This document shows, piece by piece, positions 7,656-16,524 of a stretch of 33,046 bases of DNA. Source of the DNA: Deltaproteobacteria bacterium (GTDB lineage Bacteria; Desulfobacterota; Dissulfuribacteria; Dissulfuribacterales; QOAL01); assembly GCA_027025395.1 (NCBI GenBank), contig JALVQQ010000202.1, positions 1-33,046 of the forward strand, read 5' to 3'. The notes under the pieces are model-generated. The model had not been told where the DNA came from, made no database searches, and saw nothing but the letters and a program-made list of their open reading frames with translations. Made by a program: the position numbers and the translations under genes. How positions within the stretch are numbered: position 1 is the first letter of the stretch; each line of letters begins with the position of its first letter.

Positions 7656-8667
7656 AGAGGAACTGCTTAATCCCAAAGGGCCTATCAAGGCGGCGATTTT
7701 TCTGCTGGCAATGGGAGAGGAGTTCAGCGCGGAAGTCTTCAAACACCTCAGGGACCCGGAGGTGCGGCTGGTCTCCAAGCTGATGGCCCAGATTCAGAAT
7801 ATTCCCGGCGAGGCCGTGCAGCTCGTTCTTGATGAAGTGCGGGAAAAAATGTCCCTTGTCCGCGGTGAAGTGACGGTGCCTGTTGAATCCTTCCTCAAGA
7901 AGGTGCTGTTCAGCTCCATGCCCGAGGAGCAGGCCAGGGAAATATACGAAGACATAATGCGCCAGCTTCATCCCTCGACGTTTCAGAAGCTTTCAAGCCT
8001 TGAGCCAAAGGTGATAGTAAACTTTCTGGCCAACGAGCATCCTCAGACCATTGCCGTGGTTCTTGCGCATCTTGATCCTGATTTTTCCGCCACGGTGCTC
8101 TCGGAGCTTCCGGACAGGCTTCAGGCTGACGTTATGCTGAGAATCGCCAACCTTGAAAAAATAAGCCCTGACATAGTCCAGGAGATAGACCGTGTCCTTG
8201 AGGAGGAGCTTTTTGCCGTAGAGATGAGTGACGCCACAAAGGTAGGCGGCGCGGAAAAGGTGGCGGAGATACTGAACAATGTCGAGCGCTCCCTGGAAGA
8301 CTCCCTGATGGAGCAGATAGAGGACAGCTCCGAAGAGCTTGCCGAGGAGATCCGGAAACTCATGTTCAAGTTTGAAGACCTGCTCCAGGTGGATGACGGA
8401 GCCATTGTGGCAATACTCAAGGAGATAAGCACGGATGAACTCAAGCTTGCCCTCAAGGCGGCTTCGGACGATCTGAAGGAGAAGTTTTTCAGCAACATGT
8501 CCGAGCGTGCCGGAATGATGCTGAAGGAGGATTTGCAGATCATGGGTCCTGTTAAACTGAAGGATGTCGAGCAGGCCCAGCAGGCCGTAATCAGGGTGGC
8601 CAAGCGGCTTGAAAGTGAAGGCAAGATCGTGCTGGGAGGAAAGGGAGGCGATGAGGTGCTTGTCTGA
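7639..8667 (+). CDS. fliG: Flagellar motor switch protein FliG
   Basis: KAAIFLLAMGEEFSAEVFKHL, the EHPQTIAVVLAHLDP motif and the C-terminal torque-helix region FEDLLQVDDGAIVAILKEI...SERAGMMLKEDL match FliG. It overlaps fliF by 17 nt and has a strong SD (AAGGAGGGAGG). Confidence 0.92.
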   Translation: MPLVSEEELLNPKGPIKAAIFLLAMGEEFSAEVFKHLRDPEVRLVSKLMAQIQNIPGEAVQLVLDEVREKMSLVRGEVTVPVESFLKKVLFSSMPEEQAREIYEDIMRQLHPSTFQKLSSLEPKVIVNFLANEHPQTIAVVLAHLDPDFSATVLSELPDRLQADVMLRIANLEKISPDIVQEIDRVLEEELFAVEMSDATKVGGAEKVAEILNNVERSLEDSLMEQIEDSSEELAEEIRKLMFKFEDLLQVDDGAIVAILKEISTDELKLALKAASDDLKEKFFSNMSERAGMMLKEDLQIMGPVKLKDVEQAQQAVIRVAKRLESEGKIVLGGKGGDEVLV

Positions 8668-8808
8668 TGCGTCCGGGAGTTCATGCAGTGTGAAGGTTCG
8701 CCGCGCGGTCATGGCTTGCTGCACCTTCAGCACCTGGTTGGCAGATATGGGACAACAGGAGATTTTTGCGGAGCTTGTCGGCAAGTTGCAGTTGCAGGGT
8801 GGTTGGTA

Positions 8809-9723
8809 GTGGCAAGGATCATCAAAAAGGGAAAATGTGAGTACAGGCCCCTGGCCGTGCCGCCTGGGCCGGAGCCAGAAGACGAATCGGATGAAAATGG
8901 CTCCGAGGGGACATTCAATTCACTGTCTGTTGTCATAGAGACGGATTCCCGGGGCAATGATTCAGGAGCCGCGCCTGATGATGCCGGGGAGCCCTGCGAT
9001 GAAGGGCCTGCTGATCCGTTGCTTGAGGCCAGGCGGCAGGCCGAGCAGATAGTTCAGGAGGCCAGGCGGCAGGCCGAGCAGATAAGGAGCGAGGCAGAGG
9101 AGGAGCTTAGAAATGCCCAGAGGCAGGGAGAGGAGATAGAGAGCCTCGCCTATTCCATCGGGTATGACCAGGGCAAGAAGGATGGAGAGGAGATCGGCAG
9201 GAAACAGTACCAGGCCGTCGCAATGCGCCTTGAAAAACTGCTTGAAAGCATAAATGAAGGGGCGGAGGCCCTTCTGCCCCAGTATGAATCACAGATGGTT
9301 GAGGTGGCGATGGAGGCCGCCAGGCAGATAATTGACAGGGAGATAGAGCTGTCTCCGGAGATAGTGCTGGACAGCATAAGGGCCGCAATGGGGCTGATAG
9401 TTGAGGGAAGCGCGGTGCATCTGCATCTTAATCCTGCTGATATTGATGCCCTGGAAGAGAAGATACGGGAGCAGTTTGTCATGGCAGGCAGGCATGGGCT
9501 TGATATCGTAAATGACCCAAGGGTTGAAAGGGGCGGCTGCCTGATTGAGACAGAGTACGGACTGATCGACGCAACGGTAAGGGCGAAATGGCAGGCGGTT
9601 TCAGATACCATAAAACGGATAATGGCTGAACGGACAGGCGCCGTGTCCTCTTCCAAGTCCTCGGGCGAGAAAGACCTGACCGGGGAAAGGGGCGGCAGTG
9701 AGGCAGGCGGTGGCAGCGGATAA
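8809..9723 (+). CDS. fliH: Flagellar assembly protein FliH (export ATPase regulator)
   Basis: The central coiled coil is EARRQAEQIVQEARRQAEQIRSEAEEELRNAQRQGEE. The C-terminal FliH/YscL-type domain includes HLHLNPADIDALEE...GGCLIETEYGLIDATVRAKW. The position is between fliG and fliI. The ORF is open from ATG 8683, but the first 42 codons are Cys/Gly/His-rich and look non-native. GTG 8809 gives the common (M)ARIIKKG N-terminus. The start is uncertain. Confidence 0.75.
   Translation: MARIIKKGKCEYRPLAVPPGPEPEDESDENGSEGTFNSLSVVIETDSRGNDSGAAPDDAGEPCDEGPADPLLEARRQAEQIVQEARRQAEQIRSEAEEELRNAQRQGEEIESLAYSIGYDQGKKDGEEIGRKQYQAVAMRLEKLLESINEGAEALLPQYESQMVEVAMEAARQIIDREIELSPEIVLDSIRAAMGLIVEGSAVHLHLNPADIDALEEKIREQFVMAGRHGLDIVNDPRVERGGCLIETEYGLIDATVRAKWQAVSDTIKRIMAERTGAVSSSKSSGEKDLTGERGGSEAGGGSG
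9025..9084 (+). repeat. Perfect 27-bp direct repeat (period 33 bp) inside fliH
   Basis: gaggccaggcggcaggccgagcagata occurs at 9025-9051 and again, identically, at 9058-9084. The repeat is in frame and encodes EARRQAEQI twice. Confidence 0.95.
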
Positions 9724-9765
9724 TTTGCTCCTGCAGCTGCGGGTTGAAGGGGACTGATCGATTTC

Positions 9766-11094
9766 ATGACCACCTCAAACGATTCAGGCATAGATTTTTC
9801 TCCGTACCTGGAGGCCATTCCCAGGGTCCAGACAGTAAGGGCATGCGGAATTGTAAACCAGGTTATAGGCATGGTGCTTGAAGGCAGGGGGCCCGGCGTG
9901 CCGGTGGGGGGGATCTGCCAGGTCGAGATGAAGTCAGGCCCGGCCCTTACAGCCGAGGTTGTGGGGTTCAGGGAGAATCAGGTGCTTCTCATGCCCCTTG
10001 GCGACATGCGCGGAGTTGAGCCCGGAAGCAAGATATGGGTGGCTGAACAGAAAGCAACCGTGGGGGTGGGCAATTCCCTGCTCGGCCGGATACTTGGCGG
10101 CACAGGTGAGCCAATTGACCGTGGCGGGTTCATAAAGACCGAGACTGCATACCCCCTTTATGCAGAGCCGCTTAATCCAATGGATCGTCCCCGTATCACC
10201 AGTCCGGTTGATGTGGGCATAAGGGCTATAAATGCCTGCCTGACTCTTGGCAAGGGGCAGAGGATAGGGATAATGGCCGGCTCCGGCGTGGGCAAGAGCA
10301 CTCTTCTCGGCATGATTGCCAGGCATACACGGGCCGATGTCAATGTCATAGCGCTAATAGGTGAGCGCGGCAGGGAGCTCAGGGATTTTATCGAACGTGA
10401 CCTGGGGCCAGAAGGGCTCGCCAGGTCAGTGGTTGTGGTTGCCACATCCGACCAGCCGCCTCTCATCAGGTTGAGAGGTGCATACCTTGCAATGGCGATA
10501 GCGGAATTTTTCCGCGACCAGGGCAAGGATGTCATCCTCATGATGGATTCGGTGACACGTTTTGCAATGGCGCACAGGGAAGTGGGGCTGGCGGTTGGCG
10601 AGCCGCCCACTTCACGCGGATATACGCCGTCCGTATTTGGAGAACTCCCGAGGCTGCTGGAGCGGGCCGGCCAAAAGGCCGGTGCCGGAAGCATTACCGG
10701 CATCTACACGGTTCTTGTTGAAGGTGACGACATGAATGAGCCTATTGCGGATGCGGTTCGCTCCATCGTGGACGGGCATATTGTTCTGAAAAGAGAGCTG
10801 GCGCACCAGGGACACTATCCCGCAATCGACATCCTTTCCAGCGTCAGCAGGGTAATGCGGGATATAGTTGACCAGGCCCAGATAGAAGCATACCAGAAGC
10901 TTGTAAATGTCCTTTCCACGTACCAGCGGGCTGAAGACCTGATAAATCTGGGCGCCTATACCAAAGGAACCAATCCGGACATTGATTTTGCCATGAACAG
11001 GATAGAGGCCGTAAAGGCCTTTCTGGTGCAGGATGTCAATGAGGCGTCTGATTTTGCATCCAGCAGGCAGCGGCTGCTGGAGCTGTTCGGGTAA
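9766..11094 (+). CDS. fliI: Flagellum-specific ATP synthase FliI
   Basis: Walker A is GSGVGKSTLLGMI and Walker B is DVILMMDSVTRFAMAHREV. The F1/T3SS-ATPase motifs GYTPSVFGELPRLLERAG and SITGIYTVLVEGDDMNEPIADAVRSIVDGHIVL are present. Confidence 0.95.
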   Translation: MTTSNDSGIDFSPYLEAIPRVQTVRACGIVNQVIGMVLEGRGPGVPVGGICQVEMKSGPALTAEVVGFRENQVLLMPLGDMRGVEPGSKIWVAEQKATVGVGNSLLGRILGGTGEPIDRGGFIKTETAYPLYAEPLNPMDRPRITSPVDVGIRAINACLTLGKGQRIGIMAGSGVGKSTLLGMIARHTRADVNVIALIGERGRELRDFIERDLGPEGLARSVVVVATSDQPPLIRLRGAYLAMAIAEFFRDQGKDVILMMDSVTRFAMAHREVGLAVGEPPTSRGYTPSVFGELPRLLERAGQKAGAGSITGIYTVLVEGDDMNEPIADAVRSIVDGHIVLKRELAHQGHYPAIDILSSVSRVMRDIVDQAQIEAYQKLVNVLSTYQRAEDLINLGAYTKGTNPDIDFAMNRIEAVKAFLVQDVNEASDFASSRQRLLELFG

Positions 11095-11097
11095 ACC

Positions 11098-11550
11098 ATG
11101 CCTTTTCGTTTCAGGCTTGAAACCCTTCTTGCCATAAAGAGGAGGCAGCAGGAGATTCAGGAGGCCCGGCTTGGCCAGGTGCTCGGCAGGCTGCGAAACT
11201 GCAGGGAGGCGATCAGTCATCTGAGGAAACGTATGGAAGCTGGCAGGGAGCAGCTGTCCCGGCAGCTTTCATCCGGGATGACCGCTGCTGAATATGTGGA
11301 GATAAATCAGCACATCATGGCCCTGGAGGCCAGGATGGAAGAGTTTGTCAAGGAGGAAACCAGGCTTCGGATGGAGGCAAACCGTGTTCGTCATGACTTG
11401 AGGGTGGCCCATCGTGAGAGAGAGCTTGTTGAGAAACTCAGGGAGAAGGAGTACCGGGAATGGTTGGCGGAGATGCGGCGGAAGGAACAGAATGAGGCCG
11501 ATGATCTCTCTTCGGTCAGATATGCCAGGCGTAGCCAGCAGGCCAGGTAG
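11098..11550 (+). CDS. fliJ: Flagellar export chaperone-like protein FliJ
   Basis: The protein is 150 aa and entirely coiled-coil-like, starting FRFRLETLLAIKRRQQEIQEARL. It lies 3 nt after the fliI stop, the canonical position. Sequence evidence alone is weak because this is a low-complexity helical family. Confidence 0.7.
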   Translation: MPFRFRLETLLAIKRRQQEIQEARLGQVLGRLRNCREAISHLRKRMEAGREQLSRQLSSGMTAAEYVEINQHIMALEARMEEFVKEETRLRMEANRVRHDLRVAHRERELVEKLREKEYREWLAEMRRKEQNEADDLSSVRYARRSQQAR

Positions 11551-11659
11551 CCGGGTGAAGGGTTTTATATGTTTTCCATTTCTGTTGAAACCATGCCGGG
11601 CTTCCGCCATGATTCTCCATCATGGTTGAATTGGAGCCTGCTTGGCGTAACATGAAGGT

Positions 11660-12247
11660 TTGAGGCGGGGTATCAAGTTGACAGTAAAGATATTAATAAG
11701 GGCGGTGGCGCTGCTTGTATGCGCCAAGCTGGTGCTTGCCGGCGCTTATCTCTATTTCCAGGCCTGTCCCGGGCCGCCGGTTACCGTGGATGCGGCTGCC
11801 GCTTCTGCCGGAGAGCGCGCAAACGCGGCGGCTGAATCCGGTGAAAAAGAGTGCCGCCCGGAACTGTTGTCAGTTATAAGGGCCCGTGCGCGTGAACTTG
11901 AAAAACGCAAGGCGGAGCTTGACAAGAGGGAAAAAGATCTTCAGATACTCCAGGATGATATCCGGACGATGCTTGCGGAACTGAAAAAACTTCAGCAGGA
12001 ACTGAAGGGGCCGGTTAAAAAAGCCAGAAAGGAGAGCGAGGCCAGGTTCCAGCACCTTGTAGGGGTTTACAGCTCAATGGAGCCTGGCAGGGCCGCGGCG
12101 CTGCTGGGAAAGATGGATGAAGATACCGTGACCCGGATATTCGCCTCCATGAAAAGCAAGAAGGTGGCCGCCATAATGGCCCTTATGGATCCGGAAACCG
12201 CAGCCTCCATAAGCGCCAGGCTTACCAGGATGGGTGCTGGCAAATAG
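11660..12247 (+). CDS. MotE/FlbB-like flagellar protein (TM anchor + coiled coil + MgtE-N-like domain)
   Basis: An N-terminal TM (ILIRAVALLVCAKLVLAGAYLYF) is followed by a coiled coil (ELEKRKAELDKREKDLQILQDDI). The C-terminal AAALLGKMDEDTVTRIFASMKSKKVAAIMALMDPETAASI is typical of MotE / MgtE intracellular N-domain proteins found in flagellar loci. The start is TTG 11660 or TTG 11678. Confidence 0.6.
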   Translation: MRRGIKLTVKILIRAVALLVCAKLVLAGAYLYFQACPGPPVTVDAAAASAGERANAAAESGEKECRPELLSVIRARARELEKRKAELDKREKDLQILQDDIRTMLAELKKLQQELKGPVKKARKESEARFQHLVGVYSSMEPGRAAALLGKMDEDTVTRIFASMKSKKVAAIMALMDPETAASISARLTRMGAGK

Positions 12248-12256
12248 GGGGCGTTC

Positions 12257-13231
12257 CTATTCCGCCGCGCACTCCTCTTCAATGGAGCATGCTTCGCCTT
12301 CATCACCCGCAAGCCCGAGGCTTCCTTCAGGGGAGAAGGGGTCGTCAGCCGGAACCTTATACCCTGCCGGGGCCAGGGGGGCAGCTTCCTCAGGCGCGGC
12401 GAAACAGTGATTCCGTATGTATTTTATTATCTTCCGGTCACCCTTTATCAGCAGGTAAACATCGGGTTGGCGGACTATCAGAACGGGAATAACGTCTATG
12501 CCCAGGATTCTCAGGGCCAGCCTGTTGATTTCCGGCACGTAATCTTTTTGCAGTATTGTGCCTGGCAAGAGATCAGGATTGATCTTTTTCACCGGGTTGA
12601 AATGAAACTCGCACATGCTGCATCCGGAAAGCGCCGAGAGCACCTTTTTGCAGTGGGGGCAGTCTTCGGAAAATATGAGATACATGGTCCTGGCAGGGGC
12701 CTGGCATCTGGTGATTGCGGCGGTTCCCCTGTCAAGGGTGAGGTGCTGAATGTTGGCTGTGGAGACATTGAAGTTCAATAGTGAAAAAAGCGCCAGCTCA
12801 ATGGCAAGTACGGCAAGGGCCGACATGAGCTGTCTCGCGCCTGACAGGATGTTGAGCAGAACAATGGCGCCAAAGACAGCGAGGCAGTAGGAGCATATGG
12901 CGCGGGCTACAAACGCCTGGTAGCCTATGAGTATCCCTTCTGCCGCAACCCCTGCGGTACAGAGCAAAAGGAAAATGTGGAGGAACGCCCTGTGTCTCAA
13001 CGCCAGCAAAGCGGCTGCCGCGCATGCCGCAAAAAAGGCCGCGCCCAGGAGGTTAAACAGCATGGGATTCAGCTCAACCAGGTCTTCCACAACCTTGCAG
13101 CCGGTATTGAGACAGAAGGGCTCGCCCTTGAACATGATGGCCGATATCTGCAGCAGTATCAGTGCGGAAAAAGACAAGGCCGTCCATGCTGCCAGCCTGA
13201 GTCTTCTTTCCGGGATTTTATTCGTTTTCAT
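12257..13231 (-). CDS. Vitamin K epoxide reductase (VKOR)-family membrane protein fused to a thioredoxin-like domain
   Basis: The N-terminal polytopic domain has a loop Cys pair (FCLNTGC) and a membrane-embedded CxxC (AICSYCLAVFG), the VKOR signature arrangement. After a further TM comes a Trx-like module (LIFSEDCPHCKKVLSAL). An additional CSMC is also present. Confidence 0.65.
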   Translation of the reverse strand: MKTNKIPERRLRLAAWTALSFSALILLQISAIMFKGEPFCLNTGCKVVEDLVELNPMLFNLLGAAFFAACAAAALLALRHRAFLHIFLLLCTAGVAAEGILIGYQAFVARAICSYCLAVFGAIVLLNILSGARQLMSALAVLAIELALFSLLNFNVSTANIQHLTLDRGTAAITRCQAPARTMYLIFSEDCPHCKKVLSALSGCSMCEFHFNPVKKINPDLLPGTILQKDYVPEINRLALRILGIDVIPVLIVRQPDVYLLIKGDRKIIKYIRNHCFAAPEEAAPLAPAGYKVPADDPFSPEGSLGLAGDEGEACSIEEECAAE

Positions 13232-13280
13232 CGCAGGCTGTTTACCCCTGGCATATCCATGTTAAGAGGCCTGAAACCAG

Positions 13281-13313
13281 ACTGCCCGGTGCGATTTGAT
13301 CGTGCCGGGCAGT
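13281..13313 (-). terminator. 9-bp GC-rich stem-loop downstream of the aminotransferase gene (possible terminator, weak U-tract)
   Basis: ACTGCCCGG (13281-13289) pairs with CCGGGCAGT (13305-13313) across a 15-nt loop. On the minus strand it lies 60 nt after the stop at 13373 and is followed by cTGGTTTc only. Confidence 0.35.
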
Positions 13314-13372
13314 TAAACCGAACGGGCCTGATGGCAATGGCCCCTGGAAGTCGGGAGATCTTTCCTGCTGTT

Positions 13373-14581
13373 TCAGGAGAGCCCTCCCAGTGCCTTTTCA
13401 AGCCTGTCCATGCCTTCCTTTATAACTCCTATATCGGTTGCATATGAAAATCTGATAAACCGGTCGTCTCCAAAGGCTATGCCGGGAACGCATGCGATGC
13501 TTGCGGACTCGAGCAGGTAGTCCGCGAGTGTCAGGGAGTCGGAAACCGTGCCGCCGGCATGTTTCCTGCCGTAGTAGGCGCTCATGTCAGGAAAAACGTA
13601 AAAAGCGCCTGAAGGCTCGACGCATTTTACTCCTTCAATGGCCCCGAGCCGTTCCAGTATGTAGTCCTTGCGCTGCGCAAATGCCTTTTTCATCTCCCGG
13701 ACACACTCCTGAGGCCCTGCAAGAGCCGCTGCCGCCGCCTTCTGGGCTATGGAGTTGGGATTTGAAGTGCTCTGGCTCTGTATTTTGGCAGTAGCCTTTA
13801 CCACGGCAGCCGGACCCGCCATGTAGCCAATGCGCCAGCCTGTCATGGCATAGGTCTTTGAAACCCCGTTGACCACCAGAACCCTGTCCCTTGCTTCCGG
13901 GTTCACGGACACGGCATTTTCCGGCGGTGTGCCGTCAAACCGTATTTCGTCGTAAATGTCGTCCGTGATAATATAGAAGCCGTGCTGCATGGCCAGTCTT
14001 GATACTTCCTCAAGGTCTTTTCGGGAGTAGGCGGCGCCCGTGGGGTTGGAGGGGCTGTTAAGTATGATGGCCCTGGTTTTTGGATTTATCATTGCCTTCA
14101 GGCTTTCCATGTCAAGGGCAAAACCGTCATCGGCGCTGCACATGAGATACTGCGGCGCGCCACCCGCCAGCTCCACCAGGGCAGGGTAGGAAACCCAGTA
14201 TGGCACCGGTATTATAACCTCGTCACCAGGATCAAGTATGGCCTGCATGATGTTATAGAGCGCCTGCTTGCCGCCGGTGGAGGCGATTATTTCGTCAGCC
14301 GTGTAGGAAATGCCATAATCCCTTTCCAGTTTTGCGGCTATGGCATCCTTGAGTTCAGGTATGCCGGCCACCGCCGTGTACTTTGTGAATCCATCCCGGA
14401 CAGCCTTGATGGCCGCCTCCTTGATGTGTTCGGGAGTGTCAAAGTCCGGTTCTCCTGCTGAGAGATTGACAATATCAACCCCCGAGGCCTTAAGGGCCTT
14501 GGCCTTGGCATCAACTGCAAGGGTGGGGGATGGTTTCAGGTTTTTAACGCGCTGGGCCAACGGTGCTTCCCACGACATCAT
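13373..14581 (-). CDS. Pyridoxal-phosphate-dependent aminotransferase, class I (aspartate/aromatic type)
   Basis: NLSAGEPDFDTPEHIKEAA, YT.VAGIPELKDAIA, the SPSNPTGAAY motif and the PLP-lysine motif NGVSKTYAMTGWRIGY are present. ATG 14581 is preceded by GAAGGAG. The longer ORF, open to 14680, has no SD and a Pro-rich, non-native N-terminus. Confidence 0.9.
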   Translation of the reverse strand: MMSWEAPLAQRVKNLKPSPTLAVDAKAKALKASGVDIVNLSAGEPDFDTPEHIKEAAIKAVRDGFTKYTAVAGIPELKDAIAAKLERDYGISYTADEIIASTGGKQALYNIMQAILDPGDEVIIPVPYWVSYPALVELAGGAPQYLMCSADDGFALDMESLKAMINPKTRAIILNSPSNPTGAAYSRKDLEEVSRLAMQHGFYIITDDIYDEIRFDGTPPENAVSVNPEARDRVLVVNGVSKTYAMTGWRIGYMAGPAAVVKATAKIQSQSTSNPNSIAQKAAAAALAGPQECVREMKKAFAQRKDYILERLGAIEGVKCVEPSGAFYVFPDMSAYYGRKHAGGTVSDSLTLADYLLESASIACVPGIAFGDDRFIRFSYATDIGVIKEGMDRLEKALGGLS

Positions 14582-14818
14582 GGAATCTCCTTCTCTTGGT
14601 GTATTTTGTTTACTTCTTGCAAGCTTGTCAGAAGCGGCGATCGGCATTGATGGCCAGGCAGGGTGCGGCGGCATTCCCATGAAGCCGCCTTCCGTAGAGA
14701 TTGCCCATGCCTTGGGCCCCTGACTGAAAGTTTTGGCATTTTGCCCGGCGGTTCGGTCGAAGGTTTGTCACCTGCCGGATCAAATGTTTTTCAGCAATGG
14801 CATGGTCATACCATCCTG

Positions 14819-15637
14819 TCATGCAGCGGGCGTTTTGCCTTCGGCTTCTTGGCTGTAAGTGACTTGGACGAGATAAAGGCCCTGCGGCGGGGCAGTGACT
14901 GAAGCCGCGCTTCTGTCCCTGGCGTTGAGAACGGTTCTCATATCCTGCCACGTCCCATTTCCCGCGCCTATTTCAACCAGCATCCCTGCAATATTACGAA
15001 CCATATAACGAAGGAATCCCTCTGCCGCAATAGTAAACATGATATGCCTGCCTGGAGCATCAGGGAAAAGCGGATGCCGGAGCTGCTCTACCCTGCACTC
15101 CAGCACTGTCCTTTCCCTGGTTTTGGCCGAGGAGCCGCTGGCGGTAAAGGATGAAAAGTCATGCCTTCCCACAAGGAGCCTTGCTGCCCTGTCCATCCGG
15201 CCGATGTCAAGGCTGCGGCGCGTAATAACCCATGCCCGTTCTTCCCACAGGGGAAGTTTCACCTGGCTGTCTATGATCAGGTAACAGTATTTTTTTGACA
15301 GGGCGCTGCCAATGGCATGAAACTTCCATGGAACATCCCTTGCCTCAAGCACCGCAATGTCAGGAGGCAGAATGCTGTTAAGGCCCTTTGTCAGCCCTTC
15401 AAGCGGAATGGTGGATTCAGTGCGGAAACTGACCACCTGCCCCAGGGCGTGGACACCGGCGTCAGTCCTGCCTGAGGCGATCAGGGATGGTGTTTCGCCT
15501 GTTATGCGGGCAATGGCATCCTCCAGCTCCTGCTGAAGGGTACGGACTCCCGGCTGTTTCTGCCAGCCGTGGTAACGTGTTCCGCAGTAACTTATAACCA
15601 GCTTTATATTCCGGTAAATCCTTCTCTTGCGGGTCAT
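14819..15637 (-). CDS. truA: tRNA pseudouridine(38-40) synthase TruA
   Basis: YCGTRYHGWQKQPG and the catalytic-Asp motif SGRTDAGVHALGQV are present. FLRYMVRNIAG is seen toward the C-terminus. Confidence 0.92.
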   Translation of the reverse strand: MTRKRRIYRNIKLVISYCGTRYHGWQKQPGVRTLQQELEDAIARITGETPSLIASGRTDAGVHALGQVVSFRTESTIPLEGLTKGLNSILPPDIAVLEARDVPWKFHAIGSALSKKYCYLIIDSQVKLPLWEERAWVITRRSLDIGRMDRAARLLVGRHDFSSFTASGSSAKTRERTVLECRVEQLRHPLFPDAPGRHIMFTIAAEGFLRYMVRNIAGMLVEIGAGNGTWQDMRTVLNARDRSAASVTAPPQGLYLVQVTYSQEAEGKTPAA

Positions 15638-15786
15638 CTGTCAGGCATTTCCGGCTGCGGGGCCGCCGTCCGGCTTTTTCCAGGGCTGCTCCCTTGTTTT
15701 TTGAAGATGGGTGAAATTTCGCGGCATGGGCCTGAAGCTAATCTAACGCACTTGTACCACCTGGTAAAACAGAATATGCTCCGTTC

Positions 15787-16485
15787 ATGAATGACAAACT
15801 TGTGCCTCTTGAAGCAGTTTACGCCTTTCACCAGGAGTTTGTCAGGGGGTTCCCGGCCGCCTGTGAAAAGGGGTGCAGCGCCTGCTGCACGGTAAACGTG
15901 GCGCTAACCACGCTGGAAGCCGATTATCTCATGGAAGGGCTCGGTTCGCCACCCGGCACCAGGGCTGCTGAACGCCTGCGGGCCGCCGCGGAACAGGGGG
16001 CATACAGTCCCACCACAACACTTAACAGGAATGTCTGGCAGATACTCCGTGGAGAGGAAGTGGCCCGGGATGCCGGAGAACACCTTGACGGGACCTGTCC
16101 TCTTCTGACTGATGAAGGCGCCTGCACCGTTTATGAAAGGAGGCCGTTTGCCTGCAGGGCGATGTCATCCAGGAGCAGGTGCGGCGATAACGGTGCCGCC
16201 GACATGGAGCCGTTTCTTGTCACGGTGAACCTGGCCCTGTACCAGATCGTTGAACACCTTGACAGCCAGGGCGGTTTTACCGGCAATCTCTCCTCCATGC
16301 TGGCCATGCGGTTTGAAGCCCCCGGCCTTCATCCCCCCGGTGTGAAAAACTGCCCGCTTCCCGGCTTTATGGTTCCGCCCGAGGACAAGCCGCGGTTCAG
16401 GTCATTCCTGAGACGCCTTGCCGCCTATCCTGCGGGAGACTCGGTTCTTGGGGCATGGCTGCCTGACGAGATGCCCGTATATTAA
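15787..16485 (+). CDS. YkgJ-family cysteine-cluster (CxxCxxCC) putative Fe-S/zinc protein
   Basis: The N-terminal cluster is CEKGCSACCTVNV. The second cluster, CPLLTDEGACTVYERRPFACRAM, is typical of the UPF0153/YkgJ family. Confidence 0.7.
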   Translation: MNDKLVPLEAVYAFHQEFVRGFPAACEKGCSACCTVNVALTTLEADYLMEGLGSPPGTRAAERLRAAAEQGAYSPTTTLNRNVWQILRGEEVARDAGEHLDGTCPLLTDEGACTVYERRPFACRAMSSRSRCGDNGAADMEPFLVTVNLALYQIVEHLDSQGGFTGNLSSMLAMRFEAPGLHPPGVKNCPLPGFMVPPEDKPRFRSFLRRLAAYPAGDSVLGAWLPDEMPVY

Positions 16486-16524
16486 CGGGGCGCGGCGCCT
16501 TGGCACCGGAAACCGCGCTTGCGG

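Noticed and set aside
8683-8808. An N-terminal 42-codon extension of fliH starting at ATG 8683.
   Set aside because: The translation (MQCEGSPRGHGLLHLQHLVGRYGTTGDFCGACRQ...) looks non-native. The FliH-like N-terminus (ARIIKKG) begins at GTG 8809. ATG 8683 does have a GGGAG 3-4 nt upstream, so it is not fully excluded.
11632-11646. A sigma54-like element, TGGAGC-N5-TGGCG, upstream of the MotE-like gene.
   Set aside because: The GG-N10-GC spacing is correct, but the highly conserved T at -14 is G and the -24 hexamer has two mismatches. It is too weak to call as a feature and is mentioned only in a finding.
16501-16524. TGGCAC at 16501 followed by TTGCG.
   Set aside because: The spacer is 12 nt instead of 5, and the element sits at a convergent gene junction. 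It is not a sigma54 promoter. The AACCGC-GCTT-GCGGTT hairpin at 16511-16526 overlaps the response-regulator stop codon and lacks a good U-tract.
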